Source: the human T2T-CHM13v2.0 reference genome, Homo sapiens. From it: a stretch of 64,000 nt of DNA. The position numbers and the translations under genes are program-made. Every line of letters begins with the position of its first letter. Positions within the stretch are counted from its first letter, which is position 1. Below, piece after piece: positions 1-13,622 of this stretch. The stretch is from the NCBI RefSeq assembly GCF_009914755.1, contig NC_060932.1, one strand, 5' to 3'. The notes under the pieces were generated by a model, which did no database searches, was not told the origin of the DNA, and saw only the letters and a program-made list of their open reading frames with translations.

Positions 1-3000
1 ATCATGAAAAAACAAATATCCTTACATGAAAACTAGAAACAATCTATTGGTGAAACTGCTTTGTGATGTGTAGATTCATTTCACAGAGTTAAACTTTTCT
101 GTTGATTCAGCAGGTTGGAAACATTGTGTATGTATAATTTGTGAAGGGATATTTGGGAGACCATTGAAGCCTATGTTGAAAAACTGTATTTCCCCAGATA
201 GAAACTAGAAAGATGTTATTTGGGAATTTGCTTTGTAATGTGTGGATTCATCTCACAGACTAAAACTTTCCTTTTGATTCAGCAAGTTAGAAACATTCTT
301 TGCAGAATCTACAAAGGGACATTTGGGAGCTCACTGAGTCCTATGGTGAAACACCAAATATCCCCAGATAGAAAATGGAAAGTAACTATCTGTAAAACTG
401 CTTAGTGATATGTGGATTCATCTTACAAATTTCAACTTTTCTTTTGATTCAGCAGCTTGAAAACACTCTTTTGTGGGTCCTGCAAAGGGGCATTTTGGAT
501 CCCATTGAGGTCTATTTTGAAAAAACGAATATTCTCAGATAAAACTAGAAAGAAGCCATCTGTGAAAATGCATAGTGATGTGTGGATTCATCTTGTAGAG
601 CTAAACCTTTCTTTTGAATTAACAGGTTTGAAACACACATTTTGCAGAATCTTCAAAAAGACAATTGGGAGCCCCTTGATGTCTATGGTGAAAAAACAAA
701 TATTCCAAGAGAAAAACTAGAAGGAAGCTCTCTGTGAAATGGCTTAGTGATGTGTGGATTCATTTCACAGAGTTACACCTTTCCCTTGATTCAGCAGGTG
801 GGAACACTCTTTTTGTAGAATATGTGAAGGGACATTTTGGAGCCCATTGAGGCCTATGGTGACAAACAGAATATCCTCAGATAAAAACTAGAAAGAAGTG
901 ATCTGTGAAACGGCTTTGTGATATGTGGATGCAGCTCAAAGAGCTAAACCTTTCCTTTGATTCAACAGCTTGGAAACTCTCTTTTTCTAGAATCTGCAAA
1001 AGGAGGTTGGGAATCTCATTTAGGCCTACAGTGAAAAATGGAATATAACCAGATAAAAACTGGGAAGAAACTATCCGTGAAACTGTCTTGTGATATGTGC
1101 ATTCATCTCATGGAGTTAAACCTTTCCTTTGATTTAGCAGGTTGGAAACATTCTTTTTGTACAATCTGTGAAGGAACATTTGGGACCCCATGAAAGCCTA
1201 GGGTGAAAAACCAAATATCCCCAAATAAAAGCTAGAAAGATGCTGTGTGTGAAACTGCTTTGTGATGTGTGGGTTCACCTCACAGAGTGAAACATTCCTT
1301 TTCATTCATTACGTTGGAAATACTCTTTTTGTAGAATCTGTGACAGGACATTTGGATGCCAATTAAGGCCTATAATGAAAAACCAAACAACCCCAGATCA
1401 AAATTAGAAAGCATCTATCTGTGAGACTGCTTTCTAATGTGTGCATTTATTTCTGAGAGTTAAACTTTTTTTTGGATTCAGTAGGATGGAAACTCTCTTT
1501 TTGTAGAATCTGTGAAGGAACATTTGAGAGCTTATTGAGGCCTATGGTTTAAAACCAAACATCCCCAGATACAAACTAGATAGAAGCTATCTGTGAAACT
1601 CTTTTGTGTGTATTTATTTATTTTACAGGGTTCAACATTTCTTTTGATTCCACAGGTGGGGAAACTCTCTTTTTGTGGAATCTGCAAAGGGACATTTGGG
1701 AGCCAATTGAGGCCTATGGTGAAAAACTTAAAATCCCCAGATAAAAACTAGAAAGAATGTATCTGTGAAACTTCTTTGGGTTGTGTGGGTTCATCTCTAA
1801 GAGTTAAACTTTTCTATTGATTCAGCAGGTTGGATACACTCTTTTTGTACAATCTGTAAAGGACATTTGGGACCCATTGAAGCCTGTAGTGAAAAACCAA
1901 GTATGCCCAGATAGAAACTAGAAAGAAGTTATCTGTGAAACTGGTTTGTGATTTGTTGATTCATCTTACAGGCTTAAACCTTTCTTTTGATTGAGAAATT
2001 CAGAAACACTTTTTTGGTAGAATATGCAAAGTGACATTTGGGAACCCATTGAGACCTATGGTCAAAAACCAAATATCCCCAGATGAAAACTAGAAAATTC
2101 TATCTGTGAAACTGTTTTTCTTGTGTATTCCTCTCACAGAGTTAAACCATTCTTTTGATTCATTAGGTTGGAAACACCTTTTTGTAGAATCTGTGAAGAG
2201 ACATTTGGGAGCTCATTGAGGCCTGTGTTGAAAAACAGAATATCTCCAGATAAAAACTAGAGAGAAGCTATCTGTTAAACTGCTTATGAAGTGTGCATTT
2301 CTCTCACAGAGTTAAACCATTTTTCTGATTCAGCAGGCTGGAAACACTTTTTGTGTGGAATCTGTGAAGATTCCACAGATAGAAATAAACTACACAAATA
2401 GAAAGAAACTATCTGTTAAACTGGTTTGTTATGTAAGGATTTATCTCACAGAGTTCACCAGTTTTTTTACTCCGCAGTTTGGAAACAGTCTATTTGTAGC
2501 ATCTGTGAAGGGTCGTTTGGGAGCCCATTGAGGCCTATGGTGAAAAACTGAAGAATCCCAGATAAAAACTAGAAAGAAGGTATCTGTGAAATTGCTTCAT
2601 GATGTGTGGTTTCTTCTCAAAAAGAAAAACTTTCTTTTGATTCATCAGGCTGGAAACACAGTTTTTGTATAATCTGAAAAGAAGCATTTGGGAGCCCATT
2701 GAGTTCTATGGTGAAAAACCAAATATCTGCAATTAAAAAGTAGAAAGACGATATATGTGAAACTACTTTGTGATGTGTGGATTCATTTCAGTGTTAAACC
2801 ATTCTTTTGATTTAGCAGGTCAGAAACACTCTTTTTGAAGTATATGCAAAGGAACATTTGAATGTCCATTGTGACATATGGTGAAAAACTAAATATTCCC
2901 AGATAAAAATTAGAAAGAAGCTGTCTGTTAAACTACTTTGTGATTTGTGGATTCATCTCACGGAATTAAACCTTTCATTTGATTCAGCAGGTTGGAAAAA

Positions 3001-3188
3001 CTTTTTTGTAGAATCTGCGAAAGCAAACATTGAAAGCCCATTAAGGCCTAAAACAAAAAATTGAATATCCCCAGATAAAAACAAGACAGAAGCTATTGGT
3101 GAAATTGCTCTGTGATGCGTTAATTCATCTCACAGAGTTAAACCTTTTCTTTGATTCAGCAAGTTGGAAGCACTCTTTTTGTAGTATG
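1..3188 (+). repeat. Diverged monomeric alpha satellite, layer A
   Basis: Tandem ~172-bp units with consensus GGCCTATGGTGAAAAACCGAATATCCCCAGATAAAAACTAGAAAGAAGCTATCTGTGAAACTGCTTTGTGATGTGTGGATTCATCTCACAGAGTTAAACC...; A-box (pJalpha-type) site, no CENP-B box seen. Confidence 0.97.
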
Positions 3189-3359
3189 TTTTTTTCTATT
3201 TTTTTCTTTTCTTTTTTTTTTTTTTGAGACAGAGTCTCACTTTGTAGCCCAGGCTGGACTTCAGTGGTGTGATCTCAGCTCACTGCAAGCTCTGCCAACT
3301 GGGTTCATGCCATTCTCCTGCCTCATCCTCCCAAGTAGCTGGGACTACAGGCACCCACC
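3189..3359 (-). mobile_element. Alu right arm only (AluY/AluSc-like), truncated
   Basis: Poly-T 3189-3225, then GAGACAGAGTCTCAC...GCAAGCTCTGCC...GGGTTCATGCCATTCTCCTGCCTCA...GGGACTACAGGCACCCACC; no TSD, satellite resumes out of phase. Confidence 0.93.
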
Positions 3360-6300
3360 TCTAGAAAAAGCTGTCTGTGAACCTGCTTTGTGATACGTGT
3401 ATTCATCTCTTATTGCCAAACCTCTAATTTGATTCAGGAGTATGGAAACCATCTTTTTTTGTATAATCTGTGAAGGGACAGTTGAAATCCCATTGAAGTC
3501 TATTGTAAAAAAGTGAACACACCTAGAAAAAACTAGAAAGAAACTATCTTTGAAACTGGTTTTTCATGTATGGATTCATCTCAGAGTTTACCCTCTCTTT
3601 TGATTCAGTAGGTCGAAAAACCTCTATCTGTAGAATCTGCAAGGGAACATTTGGGAGACCTTTACGGACTATGGGAAAAACTGAATATCCCCAGATAAAA
3701 ACCAGAAAGAAGCTATTTGTGAAACTGCTTTGTGCTGTGTGTATTTATCTGACAGAGGTTAACCTTTCCTTTGATTCAGCAGATTGGAAATACATTTTTT
3801 TGTGGAATCTGTGAAGGAACATTTTGGAGAACTTTGAAGCCTACAGTGAAAAACTGAATATTCCTAGTTAAAAACCACAGTCAGCAAATGCACATTTTGG
3901 AGCCCAGTGGCGCTGACAGTGAAAAACTGAATTTCCCCAGTTAAAAACTATAATGAAGCTATCTGAGAAACTGCTTTGTGATGTGTAGATTCATTTCACA
4001 GAGTTAAACATTTATTTTGATTCAGCAGGTTGGAAACACCATTTTTGTATAATCTGTGAAGGGATATTTGGGAGTCCATTGAGGCCTATGGAGAAAAACT
4101 GAATATCTCCCAGTAAAAACTGGAAAGAGTCTATTTGTAAAACTGCTTTGTGAAGTTTGGATTAGTCTCACAGAGTTAAACATTATTTTTGATTATCAGG
4201 TTGGAAACACTCTTTTTGTATAATCTATGAAGGGACATTGGAGCTCATTGTGGCCTATGGTGAAAAACAAGTACACCCAGATAAAAACTAGAGGTAAGTT
4301 TTCTGTGAAACTTGTTTGTCATGCTTGGAGTAATCTCACAGAATTTAACATTTATTTTGATTCAGCAGCTTGGAAAAATTCTATTTGTAGATTATGCAAA
4401 AGGATTTTGGGGAGCCCATTGTTTATTGTGAAAAACCAAACATCCCCAGATAAAAACTAGAAAGAAACTATATCTATGATACTGCTTTGTGATGAATAAA
4501 TTCATCTCACAGAGTTAAACCTTTATATTGATTGAACAACTTGGAAACCCTTTTTTTGTAGTAAATGCAAAGAGACATTTGGGAGCCCACTGAGGCCTAT
4601 GGTGAAAAACTGAATATCCCCAGATGAAAACTGGAAAGATCCTATCTGTGAAACTGCTTTGTGATGTGTGCACTCATCTCATAGAGTTAAAACTTACTTC
4701 TGATTAGCAGTTTGGAAACCCTCTTTTTGTACTAAATGCAAAGGGACATTTGGGAGCTTATTAAGGCCTATGGTGAGTAAACAAATATCCCCAGATAAAA
4801 ACTAGAAAAAAGCTATCTGTGAAACTGTTAGTGATGTGTGGAATTATTCCACAGAGTTAATCCATTTTTTTGATTCAGCACTTTGGAAAAAGCATTTTGT
4901 AGAATTTGTGAACAGACTTTTGGAAGCCCATTGAGACTTCAAAAATAGAGTATCCCCAGGTAAAAAGTAGATATAAGCTTCTTAAAAACTGCCTTGTGAT
5001 GAGTGAGTTCATCTCAGAGTGTTAAACTTTTAAATTGATTTAGCAGGATGAAAACAATCCTTTTTTGTAAAATCTGTGAAGGGACATTTGGGAGACCATT
5101 GAGGCTTTTGGTGAAAAACCCTATATCCCCAGATAAAAACTAGAAAGAAGCTATCTGTGAAAATGATTTGACATGTATGGATTCATCTCACAGAGTTTGC
5201 CCCTTATTTTGATTCAAAAGTTTGGGAAAACTATTTTCGTAGTAAATGCGAAGGGACATTTGGGAGCCCATTGAGACCTATGACGAAAAACCAAATATCC
5301 GAAGATAAAAACTGGAAAGAAGCTATCTGTGAAATTGCTTTTTCATGTGTGGATTCATCTCACAGAGTTAAACCTTAATTTTCATGAGCAGATTGGAAAC
5401 ACTCTTTTTGAACAATCTGCAAAGGAACATTTTGGATCCCATTAATGCCTATGGTGAAACACCAAATATTTCCAGATGAAAACTGGAGAGAAGTTATCTG
5501 TGACACTGCATTGTGATATGTGGATTCATCCCACAGAGTTAAATCTTGCTTTTGATTCAGCAGGTTGGAAACACCCTTTTTGTAGAATCTGCAAAGAGAT
5601 ATTTGAGAGCCAATTGAGGCCAATGGTGAAAAACCGATTATCCTCAGATACAAACCAGAAGAAAACTATCTGTAAAACTGGTTTGTGATGTGTGGAGTCA
5701 TGTCACAGAGTTTAACTTTTTCCTTCATTCAGCAGGTTGTAAACACCTTTTTTGTAGAATCTGCAAAGGGACAATTGGAAGCCCATTGAGGCATACGGTA
5801 AAAAACAGAGTATCTCCACATAAAAAATAGAAAGGAACTATCTTTGAAACTGTTTTGTTATGTAAGGATTTATCTCACAGAGTTTACCAGTTTTTTTATT
5901 CAGCAGTTTGGAAACAGTCTATTTGTAGAATCTGCAAAGGGACATTTGGGAGCCCTTTGAGGCCTATGGTGAAAATCCGAATGTCCCCAGATAAAAATTA
6001 GAAATAAGCTCTCTGTGAAAGTGCTTTCTGAGGTGTGGATTCATCTCACAGGGTTAAACCTTTATTTTGATTCAACAGGTTGGAAACACTCTTTTATAGT
6101 AAATGCAAAGGAATATTTAGGAGTCCATGGAGGCCTAGGTTGAAAAACAAAATATCCCCAGATAAAAGATGAAAAGAAGCCATCTGTGAAACTGCCTTGT
6201 GATGTGTGGATTCATCTCACAGAGTTAAACTGTACTTTTTATTTTCAGGTCGGAAACACTCTTTTTTTTTAGAAACTACAGAGGGACATTTAGAATCCCA

Positions 6301-6435
6301 TTGAGGCCTATGGTGAGGTACCGAGTGTTTCTAGATGAAAATTGGAAAGAAGCTATCTGAGAAACTGCTTGGTGATGTGTGGATTTACTCCACAGTGTTA
6401 AGCCTTTCTTTTAATTCAGCAGGCTGGAAACACAC
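3360..6435 (+). repeat. Diverged monomeric alpha satellite, layer A
   Basis: Continuous ~172-bp units; one shortened unit near 3865-3900. Confidence 0.97.
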
Positions 6436-6635
6436 TTTTTTTTTTTTTTTTTGGAATTAGAACAATGCATGATTTGATATATTATTCTTAAAGTAATTTC
6501 ATTTCTCAAGAATAAATTGATATAATCAGTATTTCAAGTACTTTGTGATTACTGTTCAATTTAAATTTAATTGTAGTGAGCATCATTGTTAGATTTTTTT
6601 TATTTTCTCCATTCTTTTTTCCATGGAGTTTCTAT

Positions 6636-6666
<31 letters not shown>

Positions 6667-8503
6667 TTTTTTATTGATCATTCTTGGGTGTTTCTCACAG
6701 AGGGGGATTTGGCAGGGTCATAGGACAATAGTGGAGGGAAGGTCAGCAGATAAACAAGTGAACAAAGGTCTCTGGTTTTCCTAGGCAGAGGACCCTGCAG
6801 CCTTCTGCAGTGTTTGTGTCCCTGGGTACTTGAGATTAGGGAGCGGTGATGACTCTTAATGAGCATGCTGCCTTCAAGCATCTGTTTAACAAAGCACATC
6901 TTGCACCACCCTTAATCCATTTAACCCTGAGTGGACACAGCACATATTTCAGAGAGCACAGGGTTGGGGGTAAGGTCACAGATCAACAGGATCCCAAGGC
7001 AGAAGAATTTTTCTTAGTACAGAACAAAATGAAAAGTCTCCCATGTCTACTTCTTTCTACACAGACACAGCAACCATCCAATTTCTCAATCTTTTCCCCA
7101 CCTTTCCCCCTTTTCTATTCCACAAAGCCACCATTGTCATCTTGGCCCGTTCTCAATGAGTTCTTGGGCACACCTCCCAGACGGGGTGGTGGCCGGGCAG
7201 AGGGGCTCCTCAGTTCCCAGTAGGGGCGGCCAGGCAGAGGCGCCCCTCACCTCCCAGATGGGGCAGCTGGCCGGGCGGGGGGCTGACTCCCCCACCTCCC
7301 TCCCAGGTGGGGTGGCTGGCCGGGCAGAGGGGCTCCTCACTTCCCAGTAGGGGCAGCTGAGCAGAGGCGCCCCTCACCTCCTGGATGGGGCGGCTGGCTG
7401 GGCGGGGGGCTGAGCCCCCCCACCTCCCTCCCGGATGGGGCGGCTGGCCGGGAGGGGGGCTGACTCCCCCACCTCCCTCCCGGACGGGGCGGCTGGCCGG
7501 GCGGGGGGCTGACACCCCCACCTCCCTCCCGGACGGGGCGGCTGGCCTGGCGGGGGGCTGACCCCCCCACCTCCCTCCCGGACGGGGTGGCTGCCAGGCG
7601 GAGATGCTCCTCACTTCCCAGACGGGGTGGCTGCTGGGCAGAGAGGCTCCTCACTTCTCAAACGGGGTGGCTGCCGGGCGGAGGGGCTCCTCACTTCTCA
7701 GACAGGGCGGTTGCCAGGCAGAGGGTCTCCTCACTTCTCAGACAGGGCGGCCGGGCAGAGGCGCTCCTCACATCCCAGATGGGGCGGCGGGGCAGAGGCG
7801 CTCCCCACATCTCAGATGATGGGCGGCCGGGCAGAGACGCTCCTCACTTCCTAGATGTGATGGTGGCCGGGAAGAGGCGCTCCTCACTTCCTAGATGGGA
7901 TGGCGGCCGGGCGGAGATGCTCCTCACTTTCCAGACTGGGCAGCCAGGCAGAGGGGCTCCTCACATCCCAGATGGTGGGCGGCCAGGCAGAGACACTCCT
8001 CACTTCCCAGACGGGGTGGCGGCCGGGCAGAGGCTGCAATCTCGGCACTTTGGGTGGCCAAGGCAGGCGGCTGGGAGGTGGAGGTTGTAGCGAGCTGAGA
8101 TCACGCCACTGCACTCCAGTCTGGGCACCATTGAGCACTGAGTGAACGAGACTCCGTCTACAATCCCGGCACCTCGGGAGGCCGAGGCTGGTGGATCACT
8201 CGCGGTTAGGAGCTGGAGACCGGCCCGGCCAACACAGCGAAACCCTGTCTCCACCAAAAAAATATGAAAACCAGCCAGGCGTGGAGGCGCGTGCCTGCAA
8301 TTGCAGGCACTCGGCAGGCTGAGGCAGGAGAATCAGGCAGGGAGGTTGCAGTGAGCCGAGATGGCAGCAGTACAGTCCAGCTTCGGCTCGGCATGAGAGG
8401 GAGACCATGGAAAGAGAGGGAGAGGGAGACCATGGGGAGAGGGAGAGGGAGAGGGAGTGGGAGAGGGAGAGGGAGAGGGAGTGGGAGAGGAAGAGGGAGA
8501 GAA
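6436..8503 (-). mobile_element. Full-length SVA retrotransposon (SVA_D-like) with ~180-bp 3' transduction
   Basis: (CCCTCT)n hexamers ~8414-8503, Alu-like domain ~8030-8410, GC-rich VNTR ~7170-8030, SINE-R ~6672-7170, (TAAA)n tail 6633-6671, unique DNA 6453-6632, second poly-A 6436-6452; TSD GAAACAC(A/T)CTTTT at 6427-6439 and 8504-8516. Confidence 0.96.
7170..8030 (-). repeat. SVA VNTR
   Basis: 35-50-bp GC-rich tandem units such as CCCCCCACCTCCCTCCCGGACGGGGCGGCTGGCCGGGCGGGGGGCTGA and GCTCCTCACTTCCCAGACGGGG. Confidence 0.93.
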
Positions 8504-11065
8504 GAAACACTCTTTTATTAGAATCTGTGAAAAGACATTTGCGAGCCCATTGAAGGCTATGGTGAAAAACAGAATATCTTCAGAAAAAACTAAAAAGAAG
8601 CTATCTGTGAAACTGCTTTGTGATGTGTGGGCTCAACACACAGATTTACAACTTCCTTTCAATTCAGCAGGTTGGAAACTTTTTCTTTGTGAAATCTGTG
8701 AATGCACATTCAGGAGACCTTTGTTTCCTATGGTGAAAAACCAAATATTTGCAGATAAAAACTGGAGAAAAGCTATCTGTGAAACTGCTTTGTTACGTGT
8801 GGATTTATCTCACAGAGTTAAATGTTACTTTTGATTAGCAGGTTGGAAACACTCTTCTTATAGAGACTGCAAAGGAACATTTTTGAGTCCATAGAGTCCT
8901 ATGGTGAAAAACCGAGCATCCAAAGACAAAAACAAGAAATAAGTTATCTGTGAAACTGGCTTGTCATGTGTGGATTCGTCTCAGAAATAAACCATTCTTT
9001 TCATTCAACAGGTTGGAAACACTCTATTTGCAGACTCTATGAAGAGACATTTGGGAGCCTATTGGGACCTATGGTGAAAAACTGAATATCTACAGATAAA
9101 AACCAGAAAGAAGCTATCTTTGAAGCTGCTTTGTGATGAGTGGATTAATCTCACAGAATTAAAACTATGTTTTTATTTAACTGGTTGGAATCAATATTTT
9201 TGTAGTAAATGTGAAGGGACATTTCAGAGCTTCTTTAGGCCTATGGTGAAAAACCGAATATCCCCAGATAAAAACTGACAATAGGCTATTTGCAAAACTG
9301 GTTTGTCATGTGTGGATTCATCTCACAGATTTAATCCTTCCTTTTGATTCAGCAGGTTGAAAACTCACTATTTGTAGAATCTGTGAAGGGACAATTGGGA
9401 GCCCATTGAGGCCTATAGTGAAAAATGGAATATCTCCAGATAAAAACTAGAAAGAAGCTATCTGTGAAAATTCTTTGTGATGAGTGAATTCATCTCACAG
9501 AAATAAACCATTATTTTGATTCAAAAGTTTGGAAACACTCGTTTTGTAGAATCTGCAAAGGGACATTTGAGAGCCCATTGATTTCTATGATGAAAAAGAG
9601 AATATTTCAAGATAAAAACTGGAGAAAACTATCTGGGAAACTGCTTTGTGATGTGTGAATTTATCTCATAGAGTTAAGCCATACTTTTGATTAGACCCTC
9701 TCATTTTATAGATTCTGCAAAGCTACATTTGGGAGATTATTGAGGCCTAAGGTGAAAAACTGAATATCCCAAGATAAAAACTAGAAATTAGCTATTTGTG
9801 AAACTGGTTTGTCACGTGTGGATTCATATCACAAAGTTAATCATTTATTTCCATTCAGCAGATTGAAAACACTCTTTGTGTAGAATCTGCAGAGGGACAT
9901 TTGGGAGCACATTGAGGCCTATTGTGAAAAACAGAATATTCCCAAATAGAAACTCAAAACAAACTATCTGTGAAACTGTTTTGTGATGAGTAAATTCACC
10001 TCACAGAGGTAAACCTTTATTTTGATTTAACAGGTTGGAAACCCTCTTTTTGTAGTAAAGGTGAAGGGACATTTGGGAGACCCTTTGAGGTCTATTGTGA
10101 TAAAATGAATATCCCCAGATAAACACTGGAAAGAAACTGTCTGTGAAGCTGCATTGTGATGTTTCAATTCATCTCACAGAGGTAAACCTTTTGATTAGAA
10201 AGTTGGAAACATTCTTTCTCTACAAGCTACGAAGGGACATTGGGAACCCAATTAAGCCTATGGTGAAAAACCAAATACTCACAGATAAAAACTAGAAAAA
10301 AGCTATATGTGAAACTTCTATGTGATGTATGGGTTCGTCTCACAGAGTTAAACCTTTTTTTTTTGATTCGGTAGGTTGTAAACACTCTTTTTGTAGAATC
10401 TGCAAAGGGATATTTGGGAGCCCATTGAGGCCTATCGTGAAAAACAGAATATCTTCAAATAAAAACTGGAGAGAAGCTATCTGTGAAACTGCTTTGTGAC
10501 GTGTGGATTTATCTCACAGAGTTAAACCTTTCTTTTGATTCAGCAGGTTGGAAATACTCTTTCTGTAGAATCTATGAAGGGACATTTTGGAGCACATTGA
10601 GGCCTATGGTGAAAAAGCGAATATCCCCAGATAAAAACCAGAAAGAAGCAATCTGTGACACTGCTTGTGCTCTGTGGATCCATTCCACAAAGTTAAACGT
10701 TTCTTTTGATTCAGTAGGTTGGAAACACCCTTTTTGCAGAATCTGTGAAGGGACTTTTAGAAGCCCTTTGAGAAAGAGGGTGAAAAACCGAATATTCCCA
10801 GTTAAAAACTATAATCTGGGAAGGGTCATTTGGGAGCTTATTGGGGCCTATAGTAGAAAACCGAATATCCCAAGATAAAAATTAGAATGAAGCTATCTGT
10901 GAAACTGCTTTGTGATGTGTGGATTTATCCTACAGATTTTAACCTTTCTTTTGATTCAGCAGGTTGGAAACAGTCTTTTTCTAGAATATGTGAAGGGACA
11001 TTTGGGAGCCAAAAGAGGCCTATGGTGAAAAACCAAATATCTCCATATAAAAACCAGAAAGAAGT
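8504..11065 (+). repeat. Diverged monomeric alpha satellite, layer A
   Basis: ~172-bp units in register with the left flank of the SVA. Confidence 0.97.
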
Positions 11066-11330
11066 GGCCAGGTGTGGTGGCTCATGCCTTTAATTCCAAC
11101 ACTTCAGCAGGCTGAGGTGGGTGGATCATGAAGTCAGAAGATCGAGACCTTCTTGGGAAACACGGGGAAACCCACCTCTACAAAAAATACAAAAAAAAAT
11201 AGCCAGGTGTGGTGGCTGGCGTGTGTAGTCCCAGTTACTTTGGAGGCTGAGGCAGGAGAAAGTCGTGAGCCAAGATCTTGCCACTGCACTCCAGCCTGGG
11301 AGAAAGAGCAAAACTCCTAAAAAAAAAAAA
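11066..11330 (+). mobile_element. Alu (AluY/AluSc-like) with ~30-bp right-arm deletion
   Basis: GGCCAGGTGTGGTGGCTCATGCC...GGATCATGAAGTCAGAAGATCGAGACC, A-rich linker, poly-A 11319-11330; degraded TSD similar to AAAAACCAGAAAGAAG. Confidence 0.94.
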
Positions 11331-13307
11331 TACCTGGATAGAAGCTATCTGTAAAACTGCTTTGTGACATGTGTATTCATCTTAAACAGTTAAACTTTTC
11401 TTTTGATTAGCAGTTTGGGAACACTCTTTTTATAGTATCTCCAAAATTACATTAGGAAGCCCAATGAGGCCTATCATGGAAAATTGAATATTTCCAAATA
11501 AAAACTAGACAGAAATTATCTATTTTACTGCTTTGGGACGAGTGGATTCATTTCACAGAGTTAAACTGTTATATTCATTCAACAAGTTGGAAACACTCTT
11601 TTTGTAGTAAATGCAAAGGGACACTTGGGAGCCCTTTGGGACCTATGGTGGAAAACTGAATATCCCCTGATAAAAACTAGAAATCACCTATCTGTAAAAC
11701 TGCTTTGTGCTGTGTGGATTCATCTCACAGTGTTAAACCTTTCTTTTCATTCAGCAGGTTGGAAACACACTTTGTGTAGAATCTGCGAAGGGACGTTTGG
11801 GAGCCCATTGAGGCCTGTGGTGAAAATCTGAATATCCCCAGATAAGAACTTGAAATAAACTATCTGTGTAACTGGTTTATTGTGTATGGATTCATCTAAA
11901 AGAGTTTACCCTTGTTTTTTATTCAGGAGGTTGGAAACCCTCTATTTGTAGAATATGTGAAGGGACATTTGGGAGCCCATTGAGGCCTATGGTGAAAAAC
12001 TGAGTATTTCTAGATAAAAACTGAAAAGAAGCTATCTGTGAAAATGCTTTGTGATGAGTGGATTCATCTCACAGAGTTAAACCTTACTTTTGATTAGTAG
12101 TTTGGAAACCCTCTTTTTGTACCATCTGTGAAGGGGTATTTGGGATCCCATCTAGGGCTATGGTGAAATAGCGAGTATTTCCAGATGAAAACTAGAGAGA
12201 AGCTATCTGCAACACTGCTTTGTGATGTGTGGATTTATCCCAAAAAGTTAAACCTTTCTTTTGATTCAGCAGGTTGAAAACACCCTTTTTGTGGAATCTG
12301 CAAAGGGACATTTAAGAGCCAATTGAGGGCAATCGTGAAAAAATGAATATTTCCAAATACAAACCAGAAAGAAGCTATCTGTGAAACTCCCTTGTGATGT
12401 GTGGATTCACGTCACAGAGTTTAACTTTTCCTTTGATTCAACAGGTTGGAAACACTCTTTTTGTTGAACCTGCCAGAAACATTTGGGAGAACTTTAGGGC
12501 CTACGGTGAAAACTCAAATATCACCAGATAAAAACAAGAAGGAATGTATATGTGAAACTGCTATGTGATGTGTGGATTCATCTCACAGAGTTAAACCTTT
12601 ATTTTGATTCAGCAGGTTGGAAACACTCTTGTTTTGGAATCTGCAAAGGGACTTTTTGGAACCCATTGAGGCCTAGGGTGAAAATCCTAATATCCTCAAA
12701 TAAAAACTAGAATGAAGATATCTATGAAACTACTGCAAGATTTGTGGATTGATCTCATAGAGTTAAAACTTTCCTCTGATTCAGCAGGTTGGAAACACTC
12801 TTTGTGTAGAATATACAAAGGGACATTTGGGAACACATTGAGGTCCATGGTAAAAACCAAAATATCCAAAGATTAAAACAAGAAATTAGGTATCAGTGAC
12901 ACTGCATTGTGATGCATGGATGCATTCCACAGAGTCAAACCTTTCTTCTGATTCAGCAGGTTGGAAACACCCTTTTTGCAGAATCTGTGAAAGGAAATTT
13001 TGGAACCCTTTGAGGAATATGGTGAAAAAAATGAATATTTCCTCTTAAAAACTAGAATTTGTGAAGGAATATTAGGGAATCTATTGGGGCCTATAGTAGA
13101 AAACTGAATATCCCCACATAAAAACCAGAAAGAAGCTATCTTTAAAATTGTTTGTGATGTGTGAATTCATCTCACAGAGTTAAATCTTTCTTCTGATTCA
13201 GGAGGTTGGAAACACTCTTTTTGTAGAATCTGTGAAGAAACATTTGGGAGCCAGTTGAGGCCTATGGTGAAAAACAAAATATCTCCATATAAAAGCTGGA
13301 AAGAATC
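11331..13307 (+). repeat. Diverged monomeric alpha satellite, layer A
   Basis: ~172-bp units; shortened unit near 13045-13060. Confidence 0.97.
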
Positions 13308-13622
13308 AGCTGGTTGTGGTGGCTCAGGCCTGTAATCCTAGCACTTTGGGAAGTCAAGGTGGGCAGATCATGAAGTCAGGGAATCGAGACCACCCTGGCT
13401 AACATGGTGAAACCCGGTTTCTACTAAAGATACAAAAAATTTAGTTGGGTGTGTTGGCGTGTGGCTGTAGTCCCAGCTACTTTGGGGCCAGAGGCCAAAG
13501 AATGGCATGAACCCAGGAGGTCAGGAGGTGGAGCTTGCAGTAAGCTGAGATGCCATCACTGCACTCCAGCCTGGAAGACAGAGCAAAATTCCTACAAAAA
13601 AAAAAAAGAAAAAGAAAAGAAA
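13308..13622 (+). mobile_element. Alu (AluY-like), full length, highly diverged
   Basis: Dimeric Alu with ATCGAGACC, CTGGCTAACATGG, GAATGGCATGAACCC, GGAGCTTGCAG diagnostics; A-rich tail to ~13622. Confidence 0.94.

Noticed and set aside
6678-8834. Overlapping Pro/Gly/Arg-rich ORFs
   Set aside because: Arise from the stop-poor SVA VNTR, Alu-like domain and hexamers
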